NCBI GenBank assembly: GCA_964422795.1 | Contig: CAYRCL010000055.1 | Location: forward strand, 71,130 to 135,129 | Direction of reading: 5' to 3' | DNA: 64,000 bases | Source of the DNA: an uncultured Chloroflexota bacterium | GTDB lineage: Bacteria > Chloroflexota > UBA11872 | Shown here: positions 1-8,182 of the stretch, one piece after another | How the letters are laid out: the number at the start of each line of letters is the position of its first letter | Position numbering within the stretch: the first letter of the stretch is position 1 | Made by a program: the position numbers and the translations under genes | Notes under the pieces: model-generated | What the model saw: only the letters and a program-made list of their open reading frames with translations | The model's database searches: none | What the model was told of the DNA's origin: nothing

Positions 1-714
1 GGTCGTATGTTGGATGGACGTGATCCGGTCGATCCTCCGGACGGATCTATTGCCTCAACATTCCTCCAGACCTTCTTTGGTGAAGCGGCAAGTGCTGAGG
101 CAATACAGGCACTTGATGTGTTGTTGGTTCTTCAGGCTGACCACGAGTTCAACGCCAGCACTTTTGCGGCGCGCTCGATTGCATCAACGCTTACCGATAT
201 GCACTCAGCGATTACGGGTGCAATCGGATCGCTTCGTGGCCCGTTGCACGGCGGAGCAAATCAGGCGGTTATGGAGATGCTGTTGACGGTGAAGTCGGAA
301 GACCAGGCGGAGGAGTGGGTGCTCGACCGTTTGGGAAGGCGTGAGCTGATCATGGGGTTCGGCCATGCTGTGTACAAGACTGCTGACCCTAGAGCGACGG
401 TCTTACGTGAGATGGCTCGAGATCTTGCCCACTCGTCTGGCCATCCGGAATGGTTTAACGTTTCGCAGGTTATCGAGTCGGTGATGCTTCGTGAGAAGAA
501 TCTTAACTCCAACGTCGATTTTTACGCGGCGACAGTGTATGCGTCACTCGGGATTCCTCCACAACTCTTTACCCCTATCTTTACTGCCAGTCGTATGAGT
601 GGGTGGACAGCCCACGTGCTTGAGCAACAGGCGAATAACCGAATTATCCGACCGCGTGCAGAATATGTAGGTCATACGGATCGCGAGTTTGTTCCAGTTG
701 ACCAACGAGGCTAG
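1..714 (+). CDS. gltA: Citrate synthase, C-terminal part; the gene begins upstream of the window
   Basis: In-frame from position 1. Translation carries citrate synthase hallmarks (GFGHAVYKTADPRA; C-terminal ...RPRAEYVG). Confidence 0.85.
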   Translation, partial: GRMLDGRDPVDPPDGSIASTFLQTFFGEAASAEAIQALDVLLVLQADHEFNASTFAARSIASTLTDMHSAITGAIGSLRGPLHGGANQAVMEMLLTVKSEDQAEEWVLDRLGRRELIMGFGHAVYKTADPRATVLREMARDLAHSSGHPEWFNVSQVIESVMLREKNLNSNVDFYAATVYASLGIPPQLFTPIFTASRMSGWTAHVLEQQANNRIIRPRAEYVGHTDREFVPVDQRG

Positions 715-723
715 ACGGAAGCT

Positions 724-1791
724 TTAGGTTATTGGGATTTCCGAGCGTTCGGCTGTGGACTTGTAGATCGCATCCACGATTTTTGAGATGAGTACGCCGT
801 GCGCTGCGGGGACAGTAGGTTCATCGCCTGTCTGGACGCAATGAACGAAATCGGCTATCGATAACTCGTGTGATGGTCGTTGTGAATCCGGAGCTTCAAA
901 GGTTTCAGTGCTGTGATATCCGTTATGGTCATGGAAGATGCGCAGCGGTTTGAGCTCCAGACCACTTTCTGTGGCGGAAATCTGTAGTTGTTCAACGCTT
1001 GCTTGTTCCATTCGCAATACCCATGAGCACTCAAGCAGTAGGATTAAGTCATCCTCGAACCGAATAGCGGCAAAGGCATAGTCGTCGACGTCATGCGCTT
1101 CGGTGTTCCAGGGTCCCCATCGATTTGTTACCTGTCCTCGGCGCCCGAATGGTTGGCCTGTCGCACCCCACACACTTGTTGGAGTGGGGTGACCAAGGAC
1201 ATAGAGCGCTCGATCTAGCGCGTGAACCCCAATATCGATCAGTGCCCCGCCTCCATTCATTGCTTTTGAGGTGAAGGTTCCCCACGTTGGAACGCCACCA
1301 CGACGCAGATACGATGATTTCGCGAAATGGGGTGATCCGAGTAGGCCTCGAGAAACAAACTCCCGTGCTTGTTGTGTTTCCCATTCGAATCTCGATTGAA
1401 AGTCGATTGCAAGGATTCTCTGTGCCCGATTGGCAGCATCTGCCATCGCGGTAGCCTCTCTAGCGTTCATGGCCATGGGTTTCTCGCAGAAGACATGTTT
1501 ACCGGCCTCAAGGGCGGCGATGGTGGTTTCAGCGTGTGCGACCGGGGGCGTGGCGATTGAGACGGCGTCGATATCGTCACGGGAAACCAAGTCACGAAAA
1601 TCGGTGAGTGCCACGCTAATTTCTGCGTCTCGTGCGAGCGATTCGGCCCGTCCTGCCTCTGGATCCGCAACGGCGACCAGTTCAACGTTTGACTGAGCCA
1701 TGAAGCCTGGTGAATGTACCTTGCGCGCGATGCCTCCGGCCCCGATAAGACCAACACGGAGTGGATTACAACGGAGTTCTTGCGCAGACAT
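724..1791 (-). CDS. Gfo/Idh/MocA family NAD(P)-dependent oxidoreductase
   Basis: N-terminal Rossmann motif VGLIGAGGIARKVH, then the typical Gfo/Idh/MocA alpha/beta C-domain; 355 aa. Confidence 0.8.
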   Translation of the reverse strand: MSAQELRCNPLRVGLIGAGGIARKVHSPGFMAQSNVELVAVADPEAGRAESLARDAEISVALTDFRDLVSRDDIDAVSIATPPVAHAETTIAALEAGKHVFCEKPMAMNAREATAMADAANRAQRILAIDFQSRFEWETQQAREFVSRGLLGSPHFAKSSYLRRGGVPTWGTFTSKAMNGGGALIDIGVHALDRALYVLGHPTPTSVWGATGQPFGRRGQVTNRWGPWNTEAHDVDDYAFAAIRFEDDLILLLECSWVLRMEQASVEQLQISATESGLELKPLRIFHDHNGYHSTETFEAPDSQRPSHELSIADFVHCVQTGDEPTVPAAHGVLISKIVDAIYKSTAERSEIPIT

Positions 1792-1943
1792 CAGCGACTC
1801 AATGGGATAGAGGGACGGACCCTACCATATGCTTGGGGTGTACGAGGCATAGTGCTTCACGGTGTTTTGTTGGAGCGTGTCTATGACGGGTTACCGATGA
1901 TAGACTTTCCTTCCACGGTGTTCCGTGGACAATAGAACCACCG

Positions 1944-2078
1944 ATGAAACGTACATATCAACCTAAGGTCCGCAGACGAAAGCGTAAGCATGGCTTTCGC
2001 GCGCGCATGGCGACGCGAAATGGCCGGTCGATTCTTCGGCGTCGCCGACAGAAGGGCCGCAAGCGCCTCACGGTCTGA
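1944..2078 (+). CDS. rpmH: 50S ribosomal protein L34
   Basis: 44-aa product [44 protein letters not shown] is near-identical to the L34 consensus. It is not in the ORF track because it falls below the track's length cut-off. Confidence 0.95.
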   Translation: MKRTYQPKVRRRKRKHGFRARMATRNGRSILRRRRQKGRKRLTV

Positions 2079-2100
2079 TCAGACTTCTCTGAGCGGCCAT

Positions 2101-2463
2101 ATGAGCCGCGTTCTGAGGATCATGAACCGCAGCCACCGCCTGCGTTATACAAGCGATATCGTTCGTGTGCGGACGGACGGTGTAAAGATGAATACACCCC
2201 ACGTCGTGTTTTTCGTGACCAAGGGGCTCAGTGCAACCACGCGTGTCGCGATTCCCATCACACGGAGATTCGGATCTGCCGTGCATCGGAATCGGATACG
2301 ACGGCGTATCCGCGAGGTTTTACGCCACGAGATCGAAAAGCTTCAGCGTCCGCTGGACATAGTTGTGATTCCGCGCAGGGATGTGGTTCTGGCTGCTGAA
2401 AACGCGGTTCGGTTGTCTGTGAGAAATGGTCTGCGCGAAGCGTGTTCGCGAGTTCAACAATGA
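2101..2463 (+). CDS. rnpA: Ribonuclease P protein component
   Basis: Lies immediately downstream of rpmH. Basic ~120-aa product with an RnpA-like RNR motif (AVHRNRIRRRIRE). The longest ORF starts at 1990 inside rpmH, so the ATG at 2101 was chosen; the start is uncertain. Confidence 0.75.
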   Translation: MSRVLRIMNRSHRLRYTSDIVRVRTDGVKMNTPHVVFFVTKGLSATTRVAIPITRRFGSAVHRNRIRRRIREVLRHEIEKLQRPLDIVVIPRRDVVLAAENAVRLSVRNGLREACSRVQQ

Positions 2464-2669
2464 AGATCATTGTTCTCCTGGTTATTCGCATGTACCAACG
2501 ACTCATTTCCATACATCTTGGCAACAACTGCCGATTTGATCCTTCCTGTTCGTCGTATGCGCATGACGCTATCGATCGTTATGGTGTTGTTCGAGGTTCA
2601 ATTTTGGCGACGCGACGTGTGTTTCGCTGTCACCCATGGGATTCGGGAGGGTTTGACCCTGTCCCCTAG
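2460..2669 (+). CDS. yidD: Membrane protein insertion efficiency factor YidD
   Basis: Product MKIIVLLVIRMYQRLISIHLGNNCRFDPSCSSYAHDAIDRYG... matches the YidD (DUF37) signature. ATG at 2460 overlaps the rnpA stop as ATGA. Confidence 0.85.
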   Translation: MKIIVLLVIRMYQRLISIHLGNNCRFDPSCSSYAHDAIDRYGVVRGSILATRRVFRCHPWDSGGFDPVP

Positions 2670-2685
2670 AGGGCATGGTTTCTAG

Positions 2686-4302
2686 ATGGACGGTATTACG
2701 AACGGCTGGCAGACATGGGCAGTTGATCCTCTCAGCGGTGTGTTGGTGGCTATTTACGATGTAGTTGGAAGCTATGCGATTGCCATTATTCTGTTCACCG
2801 TTGGAATTCGTTTGTTGATGATTCCCTTGACGATGAAGCAGATCCAATCACAGCGGAAAATGCAGTTGATCCAGCCCGAAATGGAGGCCCTGCGACGTAA
2901 ATTCAAGGGTGATCGTCAGGCGACATCTGAAGCTACGATGAAGCTTTATCGGCAGCGCGGTGTTAATCCGGCGGCAGGATGCTTGCCGGTGTTCATCCAA
3001 CTGCCGATTCTTCTCGCGTTGTACGGTGGCATCTTGACGCTCAGCGGTCGAGGTCTTCTCAACGAGCAATTTCTTTGGTTCAATCTCGCCCGGGAGGATT
3101 CCACCATTAGTGTCATTGGGGAGAGCGCGCCAACCGAACCCGTTGATGTCGTTCTTGCTACGACTGGGAGCCCGACTCCGCTCGAGGCTTCTCTAGCTGT
3201 TTCGTTTGCTCAGAGTTCTGCCAACTTCCGGTTCCGGACTGACACCTTGGATGAGCAAGCGGCTTTGGCTGCGTTGAACGAAGGTCGTGCCTCGGCGGTC
3301 TTTGTGGACAAGCGAGTAGATCTTAATCAGTTACCGGCCGGGACTGACGAAGTTCGTCTTGTTCAGGCAGCGGCCCTGATTGTGGAACGTGATCGACTAA
3401 TTACTCGTCTGACGATGGATCAGGTCGAGGGCATTCTCCGTGACGAGATTAGGAGCTGGGACGAAGTTAGTGAGGACCGAGGTTCAATCGTTCTCCATGG
3501 TATTCGGGACGACATCGGATCCCGAGCGTTGCTTGAGTCAATGCTGCTCGATGGTGAATCAATTAGGGCACCGGTCCGTGAGCACGAAAGTGCGGAGGCG
3601 TATTTTGATGCATTGCGCAATGATCCGAACGGCCTAGGAATTTCTTCGCCTATGCGGACGGACGACATTCGGATGCTAAATGTTGAGGCGCGTGGCGCCG
3701 AACGTGCTTTCCCTCCGAATGCAGAAGTTTTGAATGATGGTCACTATGCTCTAAGCCGTGATGTGTTCGTGTACTGGGGTCCGTCTACAGATCGGGCGCA
3801 GAAGCATCTGCGTGATTGGTGGCTTAGTGGGCACGGGCAAGACGCGGCGCAGGTTGCTGGTTTCACACGACTTCCCCCTAAAGTGGGGCTGTTTGGATCG
3901 GGAGGGCTGTACATTTCGATATTGGCGCTACTGGCTGGAGGGTTTCAATTTATTCAGGCGCGGATGATGGCGACGGCCTCGGCTACTGGTCAGGCTGCAA
4001 CGATGAACCGTGTAATGCAGTTTATGCCACTGATTGTGGTTGTCTTCGCGTGGACCTTCCAAGCGGGATTGGTGCTTTACTGGGTCATTTCCAGCATTAT
4101 CGCTATCGTTCAGCAATACTTCACGACAGGAACAGGAAAGCTGATTCCGGCACATTGGCCAATTGCACGTGACGTGATGGGAGATCAGCGGGCTAGGGTT
4201 GCCGAGGTGACCCAGACGGCAAACGAGAACGATACAGCGGTGTCAGATGCGCCACGTGCGCGACGGCCCCGTCGCAGACGACGAAGGAGACGTGGTGGAT
4301 AA
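2686..4302 (+). CDS. yidC: YidC/Oxa1 membrane protein insertase with a large inserted periplasmic PBP-like domain and a poly-Arg C-terminal tail
   Basis: Conserved YidC core motifs are present (PLTMKQIQSQRKMQLIQPEMEALR...GVNPAAGCLPVFIQLPI; C-terminal FMPLIVVVFAWTFQAGLVLYWVISSIIAIVQQ). The tail is RRPRRRRRRRRGG. About 255 aa between the core helices is non-YidC sequence. Confidence 0.9.
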   Translation: MDGITNGWQTWAVDPLSGVLVAIYDVVGSYAIAIILFTVGIRLLMIPLTMKQIQSQRKMQLIQPEMEALRRKFKGDRQATSEATMKLYRQRGVNPAAGCLPVFIQLPILLALYGGILTLSGRGLLNEQFLWFNLAREDSTISVIGESAPTEPVDVVLATTGSPTPLEASLAVSFAQSSANFRFRTDTLDEQAALAALNEGRASAVFVDKRVDLNQLPAGTDEVRLVQAAALIVERDRLITRLTMDQVEGILRDEIRSWDEVSEDRGSIVLHGIRDDIGSRALLESMLLDGESIRAPVREHESAEAYFDALRNDPNGLGISSPMRTDDIRMLNVEARGAERAFPPNAEVLNDGHYALSRDVFVYWGPSTDRAQKHLRDWWLSGHGQDAAQVAGFTRLPPKVGLFGSGGLYISILALLAGGFQFIQARMMATASATGQAATMNRVMQFMPLIVVVFAWTFQAGLVLYWVISSIIAIVQQYFTTGTGKLIPAHWPIARDVMGDQRARVAEVTQTANENDTAVSDAPRARRPRRRRRRRRGG

Positions 4303-4327
4303 CGAACGTGATGATTATGAGAGTGTT

Positions 4328-5239
4328 GTGGTGACGGGGAGCTCCGTCGAGGATGCGGTTAAACGCGCCTTGTTGCAGTTGAATGTTTCGCTGGATGCTG
4401 TTGACGTTGAGGTGCTTGACGCTGGATCACGCGGGGTTCTTGGACTGGGTGGCGGAGATGCTCGAGTGCGTGTCCGGTTGCGTACGCGTTCCGTTGACGA
4501 AGACGACGATGTGAATAATTCGGTGGAGCAGATTGATTCCCGTAGAGGTACAGGCGGCACTGCTGGTGATGATGTTCGCAGCGGTGAGTTCGAGGATGAC
4601 GATGAGTTCGAGGATGACGACGAGTTCGAAGATGACGACGAGTTCGAAGATGACGACGAATTGTCCGAAGATTCGGTGAGTGAGAATGAGGAGGATGTAA
4701 CAACGGCTCCGATTGCAACAGGGTTGCCTCCGAGTGGCGTAGAAGCTGGCGATGCATCTCGGGGCCCGGGTGAAAGATTAGATTCAGGCGAGGATCTCGA
4801 GCGCGAGGCTGAAGCGGTACTTGAAAGCTTGTTAGACCGAATGGGTTTCGTTGCCGACTTCGATCTTGTGACGGAAGACCCGCTTTCGTACAACGTTGTT
4901 GGTGACGACGACTTTGAGCGTTTAATAGGTCACGACGGTGAGACTTTGCGGTCGTTCGATTACCTTGTGAATTTGATTTTGGCGCGACGACTCGGGCAAC
5001 CGTGCCGTGTGAAAGTCGATGTCGATGGCTATCGGCAGCACCGGACTGACCAACTAAGGGAGCTCGCAACAACCTTGGCTGATGAAGTTCGTGAAAGCAA
5101 GGAGCCTGTGACGTTGGAAGCAATGCCGGCCAATGAGCGCTGGCTCGTACATGATGTTCTTACGGATGACCCTGATGTTCGAACATACAGCATCGGTGAT
5201 GGCCACGAGCGACGTGTTGTCATTGCTCCGAAAGCCTAG
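4328..5239 (+). CDS. khpB: Jag/KhpB RNA-binding protein with Jag_N, acidic repeat linker, KH and R3H domains
   Basis: Downstream of yidC as in the canonical cluster. Jag_N-like start (VVTGSSVEDAVKRALLQLNV...), C-terminal R3H region (HERRVVIAP). Start could be GTG at 4328/4331 or ATG at 4247. Confidence 0.75.
   Translation: MVTGSSVEDAVKRALLQLNVSLDAVDVEVLDAGSRGVLGLGGGDARVRVRLRTRSVDEDDDVNNSVEQIDSRRGTGGTAGDDVRSGEFEDDDEFEDDDEFEDDDEFEDDDELSEDSVSENEEDVTTAPIATGLPPSGVEAGDASRGPGERLDSGEDLEREAEAVLESLLDRMGFVADFDLVTEDPLSYNVVGDDDFERLIGHDGETLRSFDYLVNLILARRLGQPCRVKVDVDGYRQHRTDQLRELATTLADEVRESKEPVTLEAMPANERWLVHDVLTDDPDVRTYSIGDGHERRVVIAPKA
4586..4660. repeat. Perfect/near-perfect 18-bp tandem repeat x4 (gagttcga[g/a]gatgacga[c/t]) encoding (EFEDDD)n inside khpB
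   Basis: Read directly from the sequence at 4586-4657. In-frame acidic hexapeptide repeats. Confidence 0.9.
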
Positions 5240-5279
5240 GCTATCCAATCTTCGTCACGATGAAGATAAACACGTTTAT

Positions 5280-6101
5280 TTGTGTCTGGGTCACGTCACA
5301 CGTGACATTCATGCCCAAGGATGGACTTTTGGGGGGACCGCATACTACTCAGGTTTAACCGCGGCTGCTTTAGGTTATCGGGCTGTAGTTGTTACGCGGA
5401 TGAAGAATTCAGACTTAAAGTGCTTGCGCCAGGATTATCCAGAGGTTGACTGGTTATCGAAATCAGCTAGAACGGCAACGACCTTCGAGAATGTTTACGG
5501 ATCTTCGGGGCGTTCACAGTTCGTCCGAGAGCGGGCTCCACGGCTGAATGCTCAACAGATAACTGATTGTTCAATAAGCCCAAGCATTACGCACTTGGGT
5601 CCAATCTTAGGTGAGATTGGTCCCAAGATTATGGCGGCAATAGCTGGCCGATCGTTAGTGGCGTTGACAGGACAAGGTCTCTTGCGTTCGACGGCTAGTG
5701 ATGGTCGTGTCCGATGGTCACGAACTCGATTTACAACAGAGGCCTTCAGAAGTGCAGACATAAGTGTTCTAAGTGCTGAAGATGTGGGCGGTGATCGAGC
5801 AGTAGCTCGTGATCTGTTGTCGAGATCACGAACTGGTGTGCTTACTGATGGTAGTGGTGTGATTCAAGCACATGAAGGTGGACGGTGGTTCGAGATGCCA
5901 GTGGTCGCGAGGCCGAACCGCAATCCAACTGGAGTCGGAGACATTTTCTCGACAGCGCTTTTTGTTCGATACAACGCGAGTCGTAATGTTGAAGACGCGA
6001 TTACGTTCGCATCAGAAGCAGCGGCACGTTGGGTTAGTGCTCCCTTGCCTGGGAGGTATCCCCAACTTGATGAAAAGCAACGTCCAAGAACGCGATGTTG
6101 A
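5280..6101 (+). CDS. PfkB-family carbohydrate/sugar kinase (ribokinase-like)
   Basis: C-terminal PfkB signature (NPTGVGDIFSTALFV) and an N-terminal LCLGHVTRD.. fold start. The longest ORF (5133) overlaps khpB; TTG at 5280 was chosen, so the start is uncertain. Confidence 0.65.
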   Translation: MCLGHVTRDIHAQGWTFGGTAYYSGLTAAALGYRAVVVTRMKNSDLKCLRQDYPEVDWLSKSARTATTFENVYGSSGRSQFVRERAPRLNAQQITDCSISPSITHLGPILGEIGPKIMAAIAGRSLVALTGQGLLRSTASDGRVRWSRTRFTTEAFRSADISVLSAEDVGGDRAVARDLLSRSRTGVLTDGSGVIQAHEGGRWFEMPVVARPNRNPTGVGDIFSTALFVRYNASRNVEDAITFASEAAARWVSAPLPGRYPQLDEKQRPRTRC

Positions 6102-6311
6102 TCAAAAGAATGAATCACAGATCCCGCAACGCAAGTGCGTTGACGTCGTCTACTCGCTCGAAAATGGATTAACTGACTCTCCAGCGCCGTTTGTGTGTGT
6201 AAGCAAAGTTCTACAGCCAGGGATAGTGGTGCTGACGCAGTGCCTAAGAGCTGCACACCCTCCGTGCCAGTGCCACTATGTGGCCCATTGTTGCCAGTGA
6301 AGTAAGCACGT

Positions 6312-7148
6312 TTAATTGATGCGCGTTTTGCGTGGGCGTTGTTGGCATCGTGGGCAATAGTGCGTGCCACGTTGGCTTACGACGATTCGGCGAATCGGTT
6401 GGTTGCATACGACGCATGGTTCACCGGTCCGTCTAAACACGCGTAAGTGTTGCTGGTTGTTTCCAGGTTCACCCCGGCTGGTCTCGAACGTGCTGAAAGT
6501 TGTGCCCTGATTGGATATACCGGATTCCAGCGCCACAACGATGGCCCGTGTAAGGTTTTTAAGTTTTTTCGGCGAGATGCGATTAACCGGAGTTTCCGGA
6601 TGAATACGTGCAGCGAATAGAGCTTCGTCAGCATAGATATTGCCTATACCTGCCACCGCACGTTGATCTAGAAGTGCTGGTTTAACCGCTACCTGGCGGC
6701 CACGAAACCCATCGCGTAAACAGCGCCAGTTGAAATCGACGTCTAAGGGTTCTGGCCCTAGTTGACCAATAAGCACTTCCAATTTCTGGGTGTTCATTAC
6801 CCACGCACGTCCGAAACGACGGACGTCAACGAAGTGCAATCCAAGATCTTGATCAAGAGTTACGACAAATCGTGTGTGAGGACGGACATCTGTCGGTGGT
6901 CTGAGGTGCAGACGTCCGCTCATCATTAGGTGAAGGACGAGGACGTTGGATCCCAGGTGCAGCAAGAGGTACTTTCCTCGACGTTCCAGGTCTGTGATGC
7001 ATGCGCCTCTCAGGCGGGCTTCAAACACGCGGACCGTAAGATTCTGGACGATACGAGGATCTAGAACGGTCGCGTGCTGAATATGCCGACCAGAAATCTG
7101 GGTGGTGAGTTCGCGTCGGATGGTCTCAACTTCTGGTAACTCAGGCAT
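6312..7148 (-). CDS. mutM: Formamidopyrimidine-DNA glycosylase (Fpg/MutM)
   Basis: N-terminal MPELPEVE catalytic start, H2TH region, and a C-terminal zinc finger (CxxC...CPRCQ). Confidence 0.9.
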   Translation of the reverse strand: MPELPEVETIRRELTTQISGRHIQHATVLDPRIVQNLTVRVFEARLRGACITDLERRGKYLLLHLGSNVLVLHLMMSGRLHLRPPTDVRPHTRFVVTLDQDLGLHFVDVRRFGRAWVMNTQKLEVLIGQLGPEPLDVDFNWRCLRDGFRGRQVAVKPALLDQRAVAGIGNIYADEALFAARIHPETPVNRISPKKLKNLTRAIVVALESGISNQGTTFSTFETSRGEPGNNQQHLRVFRRTGEPCVVCNQPIRRIVVSQRGTHYCPRCQQRPRKTRIN

Positions 7149-7192
7149 TTACGCGAGACTATAGGGGTAGCGCATATGAGGCGCCAACCAGC

Positions 7193-7813
7193 ATGCGACC
7201 CACTTTGAATTCGTCACGTTCGAACAACGGCAATATTCCGGATCCATCTGAAAACCGAATTCCGCCGTTGTTGAACCGTCGCGTGCTCTTCATCCAGATC
7301 GTTGTTCTTCTCGTCGTCATGGCCACGAGTGTAGCGGCGATTCCTTTTGCATCTCAGATCCGAGTTTATGCGGGCCCGGCCTATTTGGTGCTCTTCCTCA
7401 TCTCCGTCCAATCCGGCGCCTTGTTCATGCTGCCAGGATTTGGTTGGGCTGCGATTGCGACATTTGCTGTTGCGTTTGATGGTGTGTGGGGCGCGGTTCT
7501 GGTTGGGACGACAGGCCAAGTCGTTGGTGAAATGACTTCGTATTTACTTGGCGTGACCGGTTCGCCATGGATTCAGAAACAGCGGCTGTATACCCGGGTC
7601 GAGTCGTGGATTCACCGCTGGGGACTACTGGCGATTTTCGTTATTGCTGCGATTCCAAATCCTGCGTTCGATCTGGCCGGCGCTGTGGCGGGGGCGGCAC
7701 GTTTAGGTTGGTGGCGGTTCTTCATCGCATCGTGGGGAGGGCGCGTGATAAAAAATATTGGATTTGCTGCTCTGGGTTTGCAGGGGGCCGGAATTGTGGA
7801 GCGGTTTCTTTAA
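7193..7813 (+). CDS. DedA/VTT-domain (YqaA-like) membrane protein
   Basis: Multi-TM product with a DedA-like core (GEMTSYLLG...; WGLLAIFVIAAIPNPAFDLAGAVAG). The start may lie downstream of 7193. Confidence 0.6.
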   Translation: MRPTLNSSRSNNGNIPDPSENRIPPLLNRRVLFIQIVVLLVVMATSVAAIPFASQIRVYAGPAYLVLFLISVQSGALFMLPGFGWAAIATFAVAFDGVWGAVLVGTTGQVVGEMTSYLLGVTGSPWIQKQRLYTRVESWIHRWGLLAIFVIAAIPNPAFDLAGAVAGAARLGWWRFFIASWGGRVIKNIGFAALGLQGAGIVERFL

Positions 7814-7849
7814 CACGGTGCTTGGGGGTTCCCGTAGATAGAATTAAGT

Positions 7850-8182
7850 GTGATGGAAGAATATTTTGAGCAGATTGCGGCACATACGGAGCGTGGTGAG
7901 CGCGTGGCGACGGCTGTGGTCATCGGGAGTCGAGGCTCGACGCCCCAGGATGTCGGTGCACGCATGCTATTTTTCGCTGATGGAACAACCTGGGGAACGG
8001 TTGGTGGCGGATGTGTTGAGGCTGATGTCCGAGCAGAAGCTCGTCGTGTTTTGGCTGATGGGAAGGGACGATCGATCGCTGTAGATCTAGTTGACGACGT
8101 TCGTGGTGAGGGCGATGTTTGTGGCGGTACATTGGAAGTGTTGATTGAATCTTGGGGTGGTGCGGCCAAGGCCACGACATGA
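7850..8182 (+). CDS. Stand-alone XdhC/CoxI N-terminal domain protein
   Basis: GERVATAVVIGSRGSTPQDVGARMLFFADGTTWGTVGGGCVEADV matches the XdhC_CoxI N-domain. It ends with TGA overlapping the ATG of the next gene (ATGA). Confidence 0.7.
   Translation: MMEEYFEQIAAHTERGERVATAVVIGSRGSTPQDVGARMLFFADGTTWGTVGGGCVEADVRAEARRVLADGKGRSIAVDLVDDVRGEGDVCGGTLEVLIESWGGAAKATT

Noticed and set aside
1990-2100. Longest rnpA ORF starting at 1990 inside rpmH
   Set aside because: It would overlap rpmH by about 90 nt in another frame. RnpA-like sequence begins only near 2101, so the ATG at 2101 is preferred.
4315-5123. Long antisense ORFs (4315..4893 and 4359..5123, minus strand) inside khpB
   Set aside because: They have low-complexity Ser/Arg/His-rich translations typical of the antisense strand of GC-rich, repeat-containing coding sequence. 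The sense strand has clear Jag/KH/R3H homology.
8152-8182. Possible frameshift splitting a single XdhC gene
   Set aside because: The junction is a clean ATGA overlap (ATG 8179 / TGA 8180-8182), and the second protein has its own N-terminal domain. Two coupled genes is the more likely reading; a sequencing indel cannot be fully excluded.
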